Both the position numbers and the translations under genes were made by a program. Positions 29,179 through 50,859 of a stretch of 64,000 nt of DNA are shown one piece after another (within the stretch, counting starts at the first letter, position 1; every line of letters begins with the position of its first letter). The notes beneath the pieces are model-generated. The model had not been told where the DNA came from and made no database searches. It saw only the letters and a list, made by a program, of their open reading frames with translations. Origin of the DNA: the human T2T-CHM13v2.0 reference genome, Homo sapiens; assembly GCF_009914755.1 (NCBI RefSeq), contig NC_060947.1; one strand, 5' to 3'.

Positions 29179-29387
29179 TTTTTTTTTTTTTTTGACAGGT
29201 TCTTGCTCTGTTACCCAGATAGAACTACAGGCATGTGCCACCATGCTTGGCTTATTTTATTTTATTTTTTAAGAGATAGGGTCTCACTATGTTGCTCAGG
29301 TTAGTCCCAGTCATCAGGGTTCAAGTGATCCTCCTGCCTTGGCCTCCCAAAGCACTAGCATTACAGGCATGAGCCAGCATGCCCAAG
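29179..29387 (-). mobile_element. Internally deleted AluJ
   Basis: Right arm jumps from 'ctctgttacccag' to 'aactacaggcatgtgcc'. Confidence 0.75.
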
Positions 29388-29856
29388 CGGTATGCACTGA
29401 TGTAGGTGGTGGCTGCAATGTGCTGGCCAAGCCAGTCTCCAGGCCTGCAGGTAGCATTTGCAGGTAGGTGTCAGCTGAGGTGGTAGTAGCCAGGAGTTTA
29501 GGTCGTACATCCAGCCCCTAGGAGGAATGTTCAGGTGCCCAAAGTGGTGAATTGGGTTGTTCATCCCTCATGATTCCAGGCTATGTGCTCTGTCTCAGGG
29601 GGTGTGGGCAGGCTCATGCTCAGGTCTCCAATGGTGAGAGCAGGCACTGCTTGTGGTAGGTAGGATCTGGGTGATCTTCAGGTTTTGGGCAGTGTTTGGG
29701 GAAAGGGTGGTAGCAGCCATGCTAAGGCCCTGTCACTGGAGAGGGTGGGGCTGTTGGTGGCCACAGTCCAAGCTGGTGGGTGGTGAGCACATGTAACTCT
29801 CACACTCCGATCCCAGTGGGGCACACTCCCCAGCTCTAGCAGTGGTAGCATACTGC

Positions 29857-29970
29857 TTGGGCATGCTGGCTCATGCCTGTAATGCTAGTGCTTTGGGAGG
29901 CCAAGGCAGGAGGATCACTTGAACCCTGATGACTGGGACTAACCTGAGCAACATAGTGGTAGCCCATTTT
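29857..29970 (+). mobile_element. Alu left-monomer/FLAM-like fragment
   Basis: 'gggcatgctggctcatgcctgtaatgctagtgctttgggaggccaaggcaggaggatcacttga'. Confidence 0.7.
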
Positions 29971-30755
29971 TAGCTTGTGCCTCAGCCCCAGCTGTAGGAG
30001 CCCCATGACTCAGTTGCAGCCACAACTCATGCTTCACTCATGTCCCAGCTTAGTCCCAGTGGTCCTCCCTTTCTAGCACCGGCAGCTGCAACCCATGCAC
30101 TTGCTTCTCAGCTCCAGCTGCATAAGTTCATTCCCAGCTCACTCCCAGTCTCTGAGCATGCCTATCTTTGTGCCCCAGGGTAGTGTACACTGACAGCAAT
30201 GTTGGCAGTTATCAGCAGGCTGATTCCCCAGTTTCCAGCAGCAATAACACCTCAGTCCCAACACCGCTGGGTTCCAGGATACTGCGCAGTCTGTTAAAGG
30301 CTAAGACTGCAAATAGTGTCTTGATGTAGCCACTCAAGACTCAGAACAGGTGTGGGTCCTAGTGCTAGTTCCTTCCCTGGAGCAGTTCCATCTCACAGTC
30401 TCCTGGTAACTCCTTATGTTTGTTTCAGGCTTTGAGAAGATAGAGGGCCTCTTCCATGGCCAGGATTGCATGCTTCCAGTGTGGGGATGTGAGTCACTGA
30501 AAGTCTCTCACTTAACCTTTCCCTGTGTTGGGAAGTCACTCCCAGCTGCCTGCCAATCCCGGCCAAGCAGGCTGCCTCTCTTCCTTCTCTTTCCTTGATT
30601 TTGGTGTTTCCTGTCACTCTTCTGTTGAAGTTCAGTGTTCTTTCTTGGATAATGTATCCAAAATGTGTGATTGTCTATACGCTATTTTGGTTTTTCTAAG
30701 TGGAGGGGGCAAGTATGAAACGTTTCTATTCAGCCATCATGATACGTCTCTCAAA

Positions 30756-32060
30756 TGACTTTTGACAAGAACAAATAAATTCACTGGGGAAAACAAAAGT
30801 ATTCTCAAGAAACAGTGATGAAATAACAGGATATCTACATATGTCATATATATATGTATATATATAAAAATTAACTAAAAGTGGATCAAACACCAAAATG
30901 TAGCAGCTAAAACAATCAAAATATTAAATTATAGAAGTAAATCTTTGTGACCTTGCATTTGGCAAAACCTTCTTATTTATACATTACATCAAAAGTACAA
31001 ATGTTTAAAATTATATAAATTGGGCTTCATCAAAATTAAAACTTTGTGCTTCAAAAGATACTAAGAAAGTGAAAAGATGACGTACAGAATAAGAGGATAT
31101 ATTTGCAAATCGTATATCTGATAAGGGACATGTATCTAGAATATAAAGAACACTTATAAATCAATAACAAAAAGACAAAGAATTGAGTTAAAATGGGCAA
31201 AATATTTGAATAGACATATCTCCAAAGAAGATATACAAGTGGTCCATGAGCACATGCAAGGATGCTCAACATCATTTAGTCATTAGGAAAATGTATATGG
31301 AAACCACAATGATACCACATCACACCCAAGAGGATGTCTGTAACAAAAAAGATGGACAAGAACAAGTGTTGATTAGTACGTGGACAAATTGGAACCCTCA
31401 TACATGTAAATGTAAAATGTTATTATAAAATGTAAAATGGTTCATCCCCTACGGAATAGAGTTTTGCAATTCCTCAGAAGGTTACACATAGATTTACCAC
31501 ATGTCCCAGCAATTCTACCTCTAGATATACAGCAAAGAGAAATGAAAACATATTACTACACAAAAACTTATACACAAATGTTAATAGCCACATTATTCAT
31601 AAAACCCCAAAGGTGGAAATAACTCAAATATCCATTAACTGTAGAATGGGTAAACAAAAGCAGCATATCCATACAGTGGAAAATTATTTGGCAATAAAAA
31701 GAAACGAAGGACTAATACATCCTACAACATGGATGAATCCTGAAAAAAACACGCTAAGTGAAAGAAGCCAGACACAAAAGACCAAATATTGTGTTATTTC
31801 ATTTCTATGAAATGTCTAGAATAAGCATAGAGAGAAAGATAGAAAATAGATTAGAGATTGCCTAGGGCTAGGGGAATCAGGGAGCTTCGGAAATGATAGC
31901 TAAAATATACAGGGTTTCTTTAGGGAGTAACAAAATGTTCTAAAATTGATTGCAGTGATGGTTATGTACACCTCTGCGAATATGCTAAAAACATTTAATT
32001 TAAATGGGTAAATTGTATTATACGTGTATTATATCCCAACTAAGCCATTACCAAAAAGCT
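30756..32060 (+). mobile_element. Old L1MB ORF2 end and 3' UTR (right half of the split element)
   Basis: Resumes 'tgacttttgacaag...' and runs through an L1MB 3' UTR to 'atttaaatgggtaaattgta'. Confidence 0.8.
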
Positions 32061-32298
32061 CAAGGAAAAATTTGGTATTTATAAGAAAAAAGTTCATTTG
32101 AACGATGAATGTACTTTTTTCCACTTATCTTTTCAAAAGGATTTAATTATTTAAAAAAGAGATATGAAAGAAAAAAATACCAAAAACATAAGAAGTAGGC
32201 TACACTTTTGGAAATGTATGCTAGGGAAAAAAGACTGCAATGACATCACAGCACCAATATGTTATATTTGGGGATTATTATCTTAAACACATTTAATT

Positions 32299-38441
<6,143 letters not shown>

Positions 38442-38519
38442 AAAAAAATTCTTATTTTTCTGAACAAATAAGCATTTCCTATAGAGGTCATATAGCATAC
38501 TCCTTATGAGTTCTCACTC

Positions 38520-38735
38520 CAGAAACAGATTGACTGGATTCAAATTCCAGCTGTACCACTTGGTAGTTATGTGACCTTGGGCAAGCTACTTAAAATCTGT
38601 GTCTGTTTCTTTTATTGGTAAAGTGGAAAAAATGGCAGCACCTATTTCACAGGGTTATTGTAATGAATAAGTTTTTCATACATGCAAAGCACTTACCTTA
38701 GTGTATAGTAAGTGCTCGATAAATGTCGGCCATTG
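38520..38735 (+). mobile_element. MIR
   Basis: 'ggattcaaattccagctgtaccacttggtagttatgtgaccttgggcaagctactt...gtaagtgctcgataaatg'. Confidence 0.8.
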
Positions 38736-38811
38736 TTATAAAGAAAAAATGACATTACAATTTCAAAGGTTTCATGTAAAAGTTAGCATTCATGCAGTCA
38801 CAGACAATGCT

Positions 38812-39515
38812 TGTTACAGAGGGTAGCTAGTCAGACATGAGCAGGGCAGGAGAGGGACACCTTCCCACCAGGAATGTCAGGCAACCAACAGGTGATGATC
38901 AGGCAGTTATGAAACTGTCTCTCTAAGATAATAATTGGTCACAGCCAGTGCCAAGGAAAGGCCATCTCCCAATAAACAGAAACATCTGAAACTGGTGATC
39001 AGCAGCTCCTGATAAGATCTCAGGAGTTGGGTAAGTGGGCTCATGCATGCACACTAAGAGGAAAAGTGGTGGAGTTTAACTGGTATTATGACCTTCTAGG
39101 ACATTTGACTGGTAAGGGAAGAATGCCTCAAGTAAGGATGCATACAATTTCAGTAAACACACTGTGCATGCTCCCCTCCCAAGTGCTAGCAGGCCACTGC
39201 ATGTGTGAACAGCCCACCTCAAGGGAAGAATCAGGGGAGAAGAAACACAAGATCCCAGAAGCATCCCAACATATAAAACCCCAAGACCAAAGGTCAAACC
39301 ATACACTTGATCTCTCAAGTCGCCCACCCGACCCTCTTCCAAGTGTACTTTACTTCCTTTCATTCCTGCTCTAAAGCTTTCTAATAAACTTTCACTCCTG
39401 CTCTAAAACTTGCCTCGGTCTCTTCTTCTGCCTTATGACCTTCAGTTGAATTCTTTCTTCTGAGGAGGCAAGAATTGAGGTTGCTGCAGACCATACGAAT
39501 ACGCCACAGGTAACA
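38812..39515 (+). mobile_element. Solo ERV1 LTR (MER50)
   Basis: TG...CA termini, 4-bp TSD tgct (38808-38811, 39516-39519), TATA-like 'tataaaa' and AATAAA; start matches the MER50 consensus as recalled. Confidence 0.85.
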
Positions 39516-39861
39516 TGCTGAGTTTATTACCACTATAGTTCTGCAAAGATTTTAATTCTGCATCACCTTCTCCAAACAATCACAAAGGACCCCAGAGCCA
39601 GAACACCACTCCCATCTTTTCCCCCTTTAAGCCATCTGTGGATGGGGTAATGGGTTATGTTTCCCGATCCATATCTCACGTCTTGTGTACAAGAAAAACT
39701 CCTACATTAGATATCATATTTGAATCTAAACATTGAACGTCTAAGTTTGAAAAACATGGAGGAGCTCCCCTTCTTGGTCATATGGGTAACTAAAAATCCT
39801 GAAAAACCTTCTAGTACAAAATACAAAAACATGGTGGGAAAAATCAAATTAAATCCTTTTC

Positions 39862-40158
<297 letters not shown>

Positions 40159-40339
40159 TTAATGCATCGCTGAGCTGGCTGGAAAGACAAGCAAATCCTC
40201 AGAGGCCAAAATCATTACTTAGGCGAATATCTTGTGGGAGAAGCCAACAAATAATAGCAGTTACCCCTGGGATATCTAACAATTTCCACCTTCACGCTAA
40301 TGGTCATGCATTGGTGAGGATTCAAATCTTACACTGTTG

Positions 40340-40830
40340 GGAATCAGATCAGAGAAAATATAGTATGATATCTGTGTAACCTATGGGTAGGATAGACTTT
40401 TTAAAGCAAGATGGAAGAAGCAGAAAGCATAAAATAAAAAAACTGATTAATTATGCTACATTAAAATTTTTCATTTCTTTCCTCAAAATACATGATAAAG
40501 AAAGTGATGAGACAGTCCAAAACCTGACTGAAGATAATTTCAACACATGTAACGACAAAGAATTAGTAATTAATATCAAGGATATATAAAAGATTATAAG
40601 TCAATAATAAGAAAAAGACAACCCATAAATACATGAAAAATAAAACACAAGCAGGCATTTTACAGAAGAGGAAATAAGAATGGCCAATGAACACTTGAAA
40701 AGATGCTCCACTGCATTTGTAGTGTGTGAAATGTAAATTTCAAGGAGAGCAGGATAACCTTTTATACTCACCACTTAAGCAACATTTTTTAAAAAATCTA
40801 ACAATAGCAAGCACTTATATGTGCAACAAC
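40340..40830 (+). mobile_element. Ancient L1ME fragment
   Basis: Degenerate ORF2 3' motifs 'acagaagaggaaataagaatggccaatgaacacttgaaaagatgctc'. Confidence 0.6.
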
Positions 40831-41756
40831 ATCATTACAGATGTGTTTTGGTTTTGGATTTTGCTCTTATCACAGGTTTACTTTTCATTTTTCACAAAAC
40901 ATCCATTTTGAAGGACCACCTTAAAATTATTTTAGTCATAACTGAAAGAAAACATCCCAAGTAGAATTTTACCCCTCTAGAGCTGAAGGGTAAATACGAA
41001 TGACTTGACACAAACAATCTAAAATGGAGAAACAAAATCAGTTAGATGTGGCAACAAAGATCAAATGAACTCTGAGATCACATTAAAGACATGTACAATG
41101 TCAACCCAAACTTTTAGTGTTTGCCTGAGCACCTACTATGCATTCAATGTCATTTTACCACGTGCTTACAGAGCACATAATAATGAATAGTGTCCACATC
41201 TGGAAAAAAACATGCACAGATCTGACTGTTCTCAGATGCTCAGACTTTTAAGTGTGTTTTAAAGGAAGGAACCACAGGATTATTTTACCCTCAGTAGCAC
41301 AAAGTGGAATTCTAAGGAAGATGTGAAATGTAAGGAAGGAATGAGAGGATGGAAGGAAAGAATAGGAATACAAAACAGGAATCTACAATTCCACACAACT
41401 TTAACTTTTTTTTCCATGTGTTTTTCAGCCACTCTAATCATTCATGAATTTGTTCTTTCAACAAACCTTTGTTAGGCTCCTATCTTATATCAGGCCCTGT
41501 GCAGCACTGGGGATAGATACAGAAACCAGTTAGACACTGGTCTGGATCTCCTGGGACTCTACATCTAGAGGCAGGAAGCAGTGAAAGCCCAGAGTGATAA
41601 GTGTTACAGTAGTATTGAGCCCAGGATGCCAAGAGCACACAGTGAAAGGACATCCAGCACTAAACTGATAAAATAGATCATGTATTAAAAAAATGAAAAA
41701 ATAAAAAGGTTTTATACTTAACCTACGCCAAGTACCTCCTGGGACGCTTTCAGCAC

Positions 41757-41840
41757 ATAATATTGAGTCAGGACCTGAACGACCTTCCACCTCTTCAGGT
41801 CCTGACTCAATATTATATTAAGGTTACAATATAACCTTAA
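41757..41840. repeat. Perfect 23-bp inverted repeat plus adjacent 9-bp inverted repeat
   Basis: ataatattgagtcaggacctgaa (41757-41779) / ttcaggtcctgactcaatattat (41794-41816); ttaaggtta (41818-41826) / taaccttaa (41832-41840). Confidence 0.95.
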
Positions 41841-42092
41841 GTATATTAATAATTAAGACCTGTTTCCAAGGATGAGAGCAATATGATAGTGAGCTCCCTC
41901 ATCTTTTCAAACATGCCTTTTCATAGGCCAGACATGTTTGTATGTGCTGCAAATAAAGGGAAGCCATTCATTTCTGTAATTTTTGTAAACATCAATATTT
42001 ACACGTATATGTGCATTCATATAGTGTGCAGACATGAAAATATTAAGTGTTTAAAATGGAGGGTTTTAAAACTTTAATCTCCATCTTTACTT

Positions 42093-42300
42093 ATTTTTTA
42101 TTATTTTATTTATTTATTTTTAGAGACAGGGTCTCACTCTGTCACCCAAGCTGGAGTGCAGTGGTGCAATCATAGCTTCATGCAGCCTCAAACTCCTAGG
42201 CTCAAGCGATCCTCCCGCCTAAGCCTTCTGAGTAGCTAGGACTACAGGCAAGTGCCACCACATCCGGCTAATTGTGTGGGTTTTTAAAAAATTTTTTGTA
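42093..42300 (-). mobile_element. AluJ right-arm fragment
   Basis: (TTTA)n tail, 'gagacagggtctcactctgtcacccaagctggagtgcagtgg', stops near the linker. Confidence 0.85.
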
Positions 42301-44917
42301 GTCATGAATATAACTGCCTTTGAGAATTAGATTCCTTGGATAATTTGCAAAGCACAGTTAAAAAGAAATCTCTTCATCCGACATTTTGAATATGCCAGAG
42401 TATTCCTCAACAACAGAAATGTGGGGAAAAGGCACTGAAAGGGCATTACTTTATTCACCCAAATAATCACCATTCAGTTCTTGCAGTGTAAACGAGTAGG
42501 GGCATGTTTGAACATGAGCTTAAAGAAACACTAGTCCCTGACCACTACAGCCACAGCCACCACTAAATATTTCCAAACATACTACCTTAGCAATAGGTAA
42601 ATATTTACATTAACCCCTATTTAATTTTTTATTATGGCATCAGACCTTTTGAGAGCAGCTATTTAAAGCACAAGCTATAAAAAGAGACAAGATGACCCAC
42701 TGATATCAGAACTCACAATATCCATGTAGACGTGACTAAATGCCAGATCTCCTACTCTGTAGCTATTCACCTCTTCTTGGGTTCATAAAATCATTTTGAA
42801 ATGTACAACATCTGCAATGGTAAATCCAATTAAAATGACTTATTTTAGTTTGTAATGCATGCAGAAGAACACACAATATCTGTTCATGGTCCTTTGAATA
42901 TGTTAATGAAGAAAGTAAACCTGACCCTCTTTTGTAAACTGACAAGTGCAAAATTACAAATAAAAACAGGGCCACTGCTTTTTGCTCTATGGCTAATCCC
43001 ATGATCTAGCCTGCAATTGCAAACTCAAAGATGCCCCCAAATATGCATATTCCTTCTAATTGCCATCAAAGAGTCTCAGAATACATATACCTAATCACAC
43101 AATTTCAGTTAAAATAGAGAAAATGTTATTTAAAATAACTCTCAAAGGTTATTCTTCTCATCACAGTGTATATGCAACAGCTATTGCTTCCACTTAACAA
43201 TGGTACAAGAGTACAAATGAAGACGTGATGACCAGAGAACTCTCAGTATCCTTGAATGTAAAGAATACTCTTGGCTGATAGCAGCGGCTGATGCTGACCT
43301 AGTCAAGGCATTTATGAAAGGGCAGCTCAACCTCTACCACACCCTCCAGCCACAAAGTTATGCAAAATTCATATTCCAGTAGCATCTACAGGGTCTACTA
43401 TAAGCCCATTAAGACAAAACTGGGCAAATGCTTTATGCTGAAAAGATACAGTAGCCTCTTTGTGCTCTATGAAAGGGAAATTTTAAAATATCTTAGCATC
43501 ATGATTTTATATTATATACTTTACTTTTCCTCTTGCATTATTTTATGTGTATCAAAATTTTCGTAATGAAGTAATTTTTAAATACACACATTCCAATACA
43601 AGTCTTAGATCAACATATGGTGTATGATCCCAGTTTGGTAAAATATCTAGATATATGTGGATTTTTTATTGTTGCTCTCACCATTAGAAATAAGTTCCCT
43701 GAAGGCAGAGATTTATTTACTTGTTCACCATAATATCTCAATAGTGTCTAGCACACTGGAGGTGATCAATAAATGTTTGAATTGAATTGATATATCTATA
43801 TTCATAGAAAACCTCCTATGTCCTCACACACAAACTATTAGCAGTGTTTACCACCAAGGAGCAGGACTGGGCTAGGCACATGGATGACTTTCATTTATTA
43901 GTTTATGGGCATTTGTTTTGTTTAGATATTTTACAAAGATCACATATACATAATTTAATTATAAGAATAGAAGAAGAGGAAATAAAAGATACTTCCCTAC
44001 CAAAAACAGAAAACAAAAACAGGAAAAAGAAGACTCAAAGGCACTAGGAAATGACAGGAGTAAGAAGGGAGAAATAAGGGGAAGAACCGAGAAAAGAGAA
44101 GGATGAAAGAGAGAGGGCAGGAAAAATGCATGAGAAAAAATGAGAAACAGCTGGTGGGAAGCGACAGTGAGAAGACCTCCCCCCACAGGCTTAGTGTCCC
44201 AGGTTGCTGCTCCTTGACTATATCTCTTGTAGGTGTTTAATTAAGAGCATGTCTGTGGAAACCTTTTCCTTCAGCCTTCCTTCAGATTAAAAACCATTCA
44301 GTAGAGATGGCAGGTTTTCCCTGTACAGCAGCAGGAGCTGACATTGTCTTGGGAACCTCCCTAATAATCACAGCTGAATGAATTTATTATTCAGAAATCC
44401 AAAACATGTAGGTAAATTTTGAGAGGAACTGAATCAGTCTGTAAAGAAGAACTACATACGTGGTGATTTACAATATGTAAAAATAGAAATAAGTAAATAT
44501 TTTTCCTGCTTAAAGCATCAGCAAATCCACTGTAGATCTGGTCCAAGTCCATTTATCGAGCCACTGCAGTCTATTTTCCTAAAAAATATCTCCTGCCACA
44601 GGGAGGATAACTACACACTTGATTGACAAATTGTCTTGTCCAGCATGAAAAAGCCTTTGCCGATTCGTGGCAGTGTGGTATCCAAACATATGCCTCTCAT
44701 TTCTTCTGTTATCCCACCCCAGTCCTACACAGACGTGCCTGCCAAATGCTGAATCACAAACACAAAGGCGACTGAGTTAGTGATGATGTTGTTGTTTTCA
44801 TTTGTATTATTGTTTTCCCTTGGGAGAGATCAGGTTGATACCTTCTTGCCTTTTAAGACTTCAGCACAGTGTCTAGAATAATTCTCATACTAGGAATGAA
44901 TATGTTGCAAACTTTCT

Positions 44918-45214
44918 CCTTTTTTTTTGAGTTAGGGTCTCACTCTGTCACCCACGCTGGAGTGCAGTGGCGAGATCACAGCTCACTGCAGTCTTGACAT
45001 CCTGGGCTTAAGTGATCCTCCCACCTCAGCTTCCTGAGTAGCTGGGACTACAGGAGTGTGCCACCATGCTCAGCTAATTTTTTAAAATATATTTTGTAGA
45101 TATGAGGTCTCACTATGTTGCCCAGGCTGGTCTCAAAATCTTGGGCTCAAGCAATCCTCCCACCTAGGCCTCCAAAAGTGCTGGAATTACAGGCGAGAGC
45201 CACCGCGCCCAGCC
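44918..45214 (-). mobile_element. AluJ element
   Basis: Antisense Alu with 'ctgggcttaagtgatcctcccacctcagc'. Confidence 0.9.
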
Positions 45215-45329
45215 ATAAACTTTGTAAATTCATGACAAACTAAAGATGAATAACTATCCAATGTGAGCACTGAAGGGCAGAATGCCAATATCCATTATAG
45301 TAAATAATTCCAAATATGTTAAATGTGAA

Positions 45330-46990
45330 TGGTCCATAGTTTGGGAAACCTCAATTTGTGCCACTATAAAAATGAGGTTAAGGTACTTCCTAAATTCATC
45401 TACAGATTCAATGCCATCCCTAGCAACATCCCAGATGGCTTTTTGCACAGAAATTTTCAAGCTAGTCTTAAAATTCATATGGATACGCAAGGGACCTGGA
45501 ATAACCAAAGCAATCTTGAAAAAGAAAAACAAATTTGGAAAGTTTATATTTTCTGATTTCAAAATTAGTACAAAGCTACAGTAATAAAGATAGGTATTAT
45601 GATAGACTTATAGATACATCAGTGGGAAATAATTGAAAGTCCAGAAATAGATCTTTGTACCGAAGGTTAATTTATTTTCATCCAGGGCACCAAGACATTT
45701 CAACGGGGAAAGGATATTCTTTTTAATAAATGATGTTGGGAAACCTGGAGGTGCACATGGAAAAGAATGAAGCTGAATCTTTGCCGCACACTATACACAA
45801 AAATCAACTCAAAATGGATCAAAGATCTAAGTATAAGAAGTAAAACTATAAAACTCTTAGACAAACACATAGTTGTAATTTATTATGACCTTGGATTAGG
45901 CAATGTTTTCTTATATTTGACATCCAAAGTACAAGCAATAAAAGAAAAAAATAGATACATTCGACCTTCTCAAAGTTAAAAATATTTGCGATTCAAGGAA
46001 ACCATGAAGTACGTAAAAAGACAACCCACAGAGTGGGAGAAAATATTTGCACATTAAATGTCTGATAAAGATCTCCATTCCAGAGTATATAGAGAACTCT
46101 TAAAACTCAACAGTAAAAGAGGAAAAGCCCAATCTTAAATCAGGCAAATAATCCATGTAGACATTTATCCAAAGAAGATATATAAATGGCCAATAAGCAC
46201 CTGAAAAGGTGCTCAACATCACTAGTCATTCAGGAAATGTAAATCAAAACTACAATAAAAAACTATTTCACACCCACTAGGATGGCTGGGAAATAAAGAG
46301 AGATTAACATGTACTAGGAAGAATGTAGAGAAATTATAACCCTCATATGTTGATGGTGGGAATGTAAAAGGGTGCAGCTGCTTTGAAAAACGGTCTGGGA
46401 TTTCCTCAAGGATGAAACATACAGTTACTCTAGGACCTAGCAATTTCCACACCTAGATACATACCACAGGGAAATGAAAACATATGTCCACATAAAAACT
46501 TGTATAAGAATGTTCATAACAACATTATTCATAATAACCAAAAGGTGGAAACCACACAAATGCCTATCATTTTTATTGGATAATTAAAATGTGGCACATC
46601 TATGCACTGCAATAAGATGCAGCCATTTTAAGAATGACACAACGACAACATGAATGGACATTGAAAACATTACGCTCAGTGAAAGAAGCCAGTCACAAGA
46701 GATCACATATTGTATGATTCTATGTATATGAAATGTCCAGAATAGGCACATCTATAGAAATAGAAAGTAGACTAGTGACTGCCAGGGGCTGAGGAAAAAG
46801 GTGGTTGGGAGAAAATGGAGAGTGACTGCTAACGAGTATGGGGTTTCTTTTTGGGGTGATGGGAATATTTTAAACCTAGATTGTGGTAAAGGTTGCACAA
46901 CTCTGTGATTATACTAAAAACCATTGAATTGCATACTTTAAGTAGGTTAATTGTATGTGAATTATAGCTCTACAAAAGCTATTTTTAAAA
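45330..46990 (+). mobile_element. L1MB-type ORF2 C-terminal part and 3' UTR
   Basis: ORFs VLPKFIYRFNAIP, LVLKFIW, YTKINSKWIKDL; L1MB 3' UTR. Confidence 0.85.
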
Positions 46991-46996
46991 ATAGGC

Positions 46997-48513
<1,517 letters not shown>

Positions 48514-48529
48514 AGTTAACAGGTTCAAA

Positions 48530-49240
48530 CAGCCAAACTTCTGATATTCATAATTTTTCCCCGTAAACCTACGCCTCCTGCAGGCATCTCCATCTCCACT
48601 GATGAAAATTTCTGCCATCCACTTGCTAAAGCCAAAAATGTTAGCATTATCCTTAACTCCTCTTTCTCTCATACTCCATATCCAAACCATTAGCAAATCC
48701 TTCTGACTCTATCCTCAAAATATATCCAGAATCTATTTGATCACTCTTACCACCTCCACAAATTACCTCTCTGGTTCAAGTTGCCATCATTAATGCTAAT
48801 AGCCTCTTAACTGGTTTCACTGCTTCCATCTTTGTCTGACCTTAATCCTATTCTCTACACAGCATCCAGAGGGATTCTGTTAACACAGAAGTGACTCCTT
48901 TGCTCAAAACCTTCCAATGGCTCATCATCTGACTCAGGTTAAAAGCCTAAATTCTTACCAAGCCCTATGTGATCCAGACTTTATTACATCTATGGCTTCA
49001 TCTCATGCAGGCACGCATGCACACACACAACACACACACACATACACACACACACACACATATGCAAACACTCACTCTGCTTCAGCCATACCCGTCTCTT
49101 TCTTGTTCCTTGAACTTGTCAGCATGCTCTTGTCTCAAGGCCTTTCCACTGACTGCCCCCTCTTCCTGAAACCCTCTCCCCCAGTCACCTCTGGTAGTTC
49201 ACTTCCTACCTCCTTCAGGATTTTGCTCAATGGCATCTTC
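48530..49240 (-). mobile_element. L2 fragment with (CA)n at about 49015-49060
   Basis: 'ctcctttgctcaaaaccttccaatggctc', 'tctcaaggcctttccactgactg'. Confidence 0.7.
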
Positions 49241-50859
49241 CCAGTGCTGGAAGTAACAAGAAGTCACTCAGATTCTTACATCTGCCATAAACATACAATG
49301 AGGGGAAGTTTGGGTGAAAAAATAAATGTAACTTCTGTGACACTGGCCTCTGGCCAGGAGCTAACTGTCTCTGGAACAAGACGTCGAAGCAACAGAAAGA
49401 GGCACTGGCCTTGTCAGCCATCAGATAGAAGGCATCTCTCCTCATGGGATTGGCCTCTGCTCCTGCCCTAGAGTAGGTAAGGTGCAAGTTGTTTATTGAG
49501 CCTTCAGAGGATGCTTGCTTAAGAAGATGCTGAGCAGAGACAGGGACAATTGCTTTCAAACCTGGGGGCAAATTTTAAGAATGAAGTGCCTTCTGGTGCC
49601 AAGCACAGGCATGTCTGAGAAATGCAGTGGATAAAATGCACGTGGAATTGCTGATAGATTCTGAACACACTTGTTTGTTTTACAAGGAAGTAAAATATTA
49701 CAATTTCACATGTTATTATGCCTCGATTAGCAGGAGAACATAGATTTTTACTGATAACTTATTTAACTGCATCAACCCTCCAAAACACACAAAGGAACTA
49801 GAAAGAAAGAAAAGAAAAAGATGTTTTGCAAATGGAATAGATATCACAGAGTCCATGTACTAAAGCTCATATACATTAGTTGAGGTAGATTCCCCACAGG
49901 CCTACTCATGGTCTATTATACTTTTCACACAGTTCGAACAAGCTTGATTATCTTGTTCCCTAGTTCGTAACACTCAGAGAAGGCAATGGAGGAGGGGGCA
50001 TGGAGGATTAGGCAATAACAACTGGCCAGTAGAAACAGTTAAATTAACAGCAGCAAAAAATATCAGCTAACAGAGAGGAAATCTACGGAAAAGTTAGAGG
50101 GTAAAAGTCAGGCATTGAAAATTAAAAAGCAGAACAATCTGTCCCCATTTAGTATAGGGACAAACAGCCCTCCACAGTTTAGGAGCCCAGAGGCAGCACT
50201 GAATACAGCACATTGAAAGAACTAATGCTATTATAAGGACAATCTTAACCCATCAAAAAAGGATGCAATTATTTCCAGGTTCAGGGGTCAGGAAGGTAAA
50301 TAGTATTTTTGAAAAGCTTCTCATCCAAAATGGATACATATTTTAAGGGGAAAAAGTCAGGCACTAAAAGTGTTGAACCTCAGTTACCCAGAAAAATCAG
50401 TTACGTGGAACACTCACAGTATCGTGTGGCCTAATAGATGACCCATCATCATTGAAATAAATCTTCATACCATACTGGAATGCACACTGAATAAATTTTG
50501 TTGTGATTTACATATCTCCCTGAGCTATACTCTGATGAGTAAAATTTGCAGTGAACAGGTTTTCACAACTAATTATGTAAGTTATCTGAGGTTACATTAG
50601 ATCAGAATAGCTTACATTCTTTCCTCCTGTGATGAATACAAGACTTTTCTTTTTTTCATTTTTTTTCATCATCAGGTAAAGAAATGTGTGAGGGAAAATA
50701 TAAAGAACAAGTCTGAAAGGTAATTTTATAATGTGTGCCTACTTCTGTACTAGACTTGCTGAGTTATCAATATAGCCCATGGAGAAGTAGATTTAAGGAA
50801 AGAACTTCAGTGCCAGGAGATGTTTAATGAACCCTATAGATGATGAGAATAAGAAATAA

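Noticed and set aside
48917-49471. 184-aa ORF with His/Thr repeats
   Set aside because: Read-through of a (CA)n microsatellite and L2 remnant.
50412-50452. ATG-ATG-ATG ORF ending at a GTGAGT donor
   Set aside because: Phase 2, incompatible with the next exon, and appears to lie within a degenerate DNA-transposon-like stretch.
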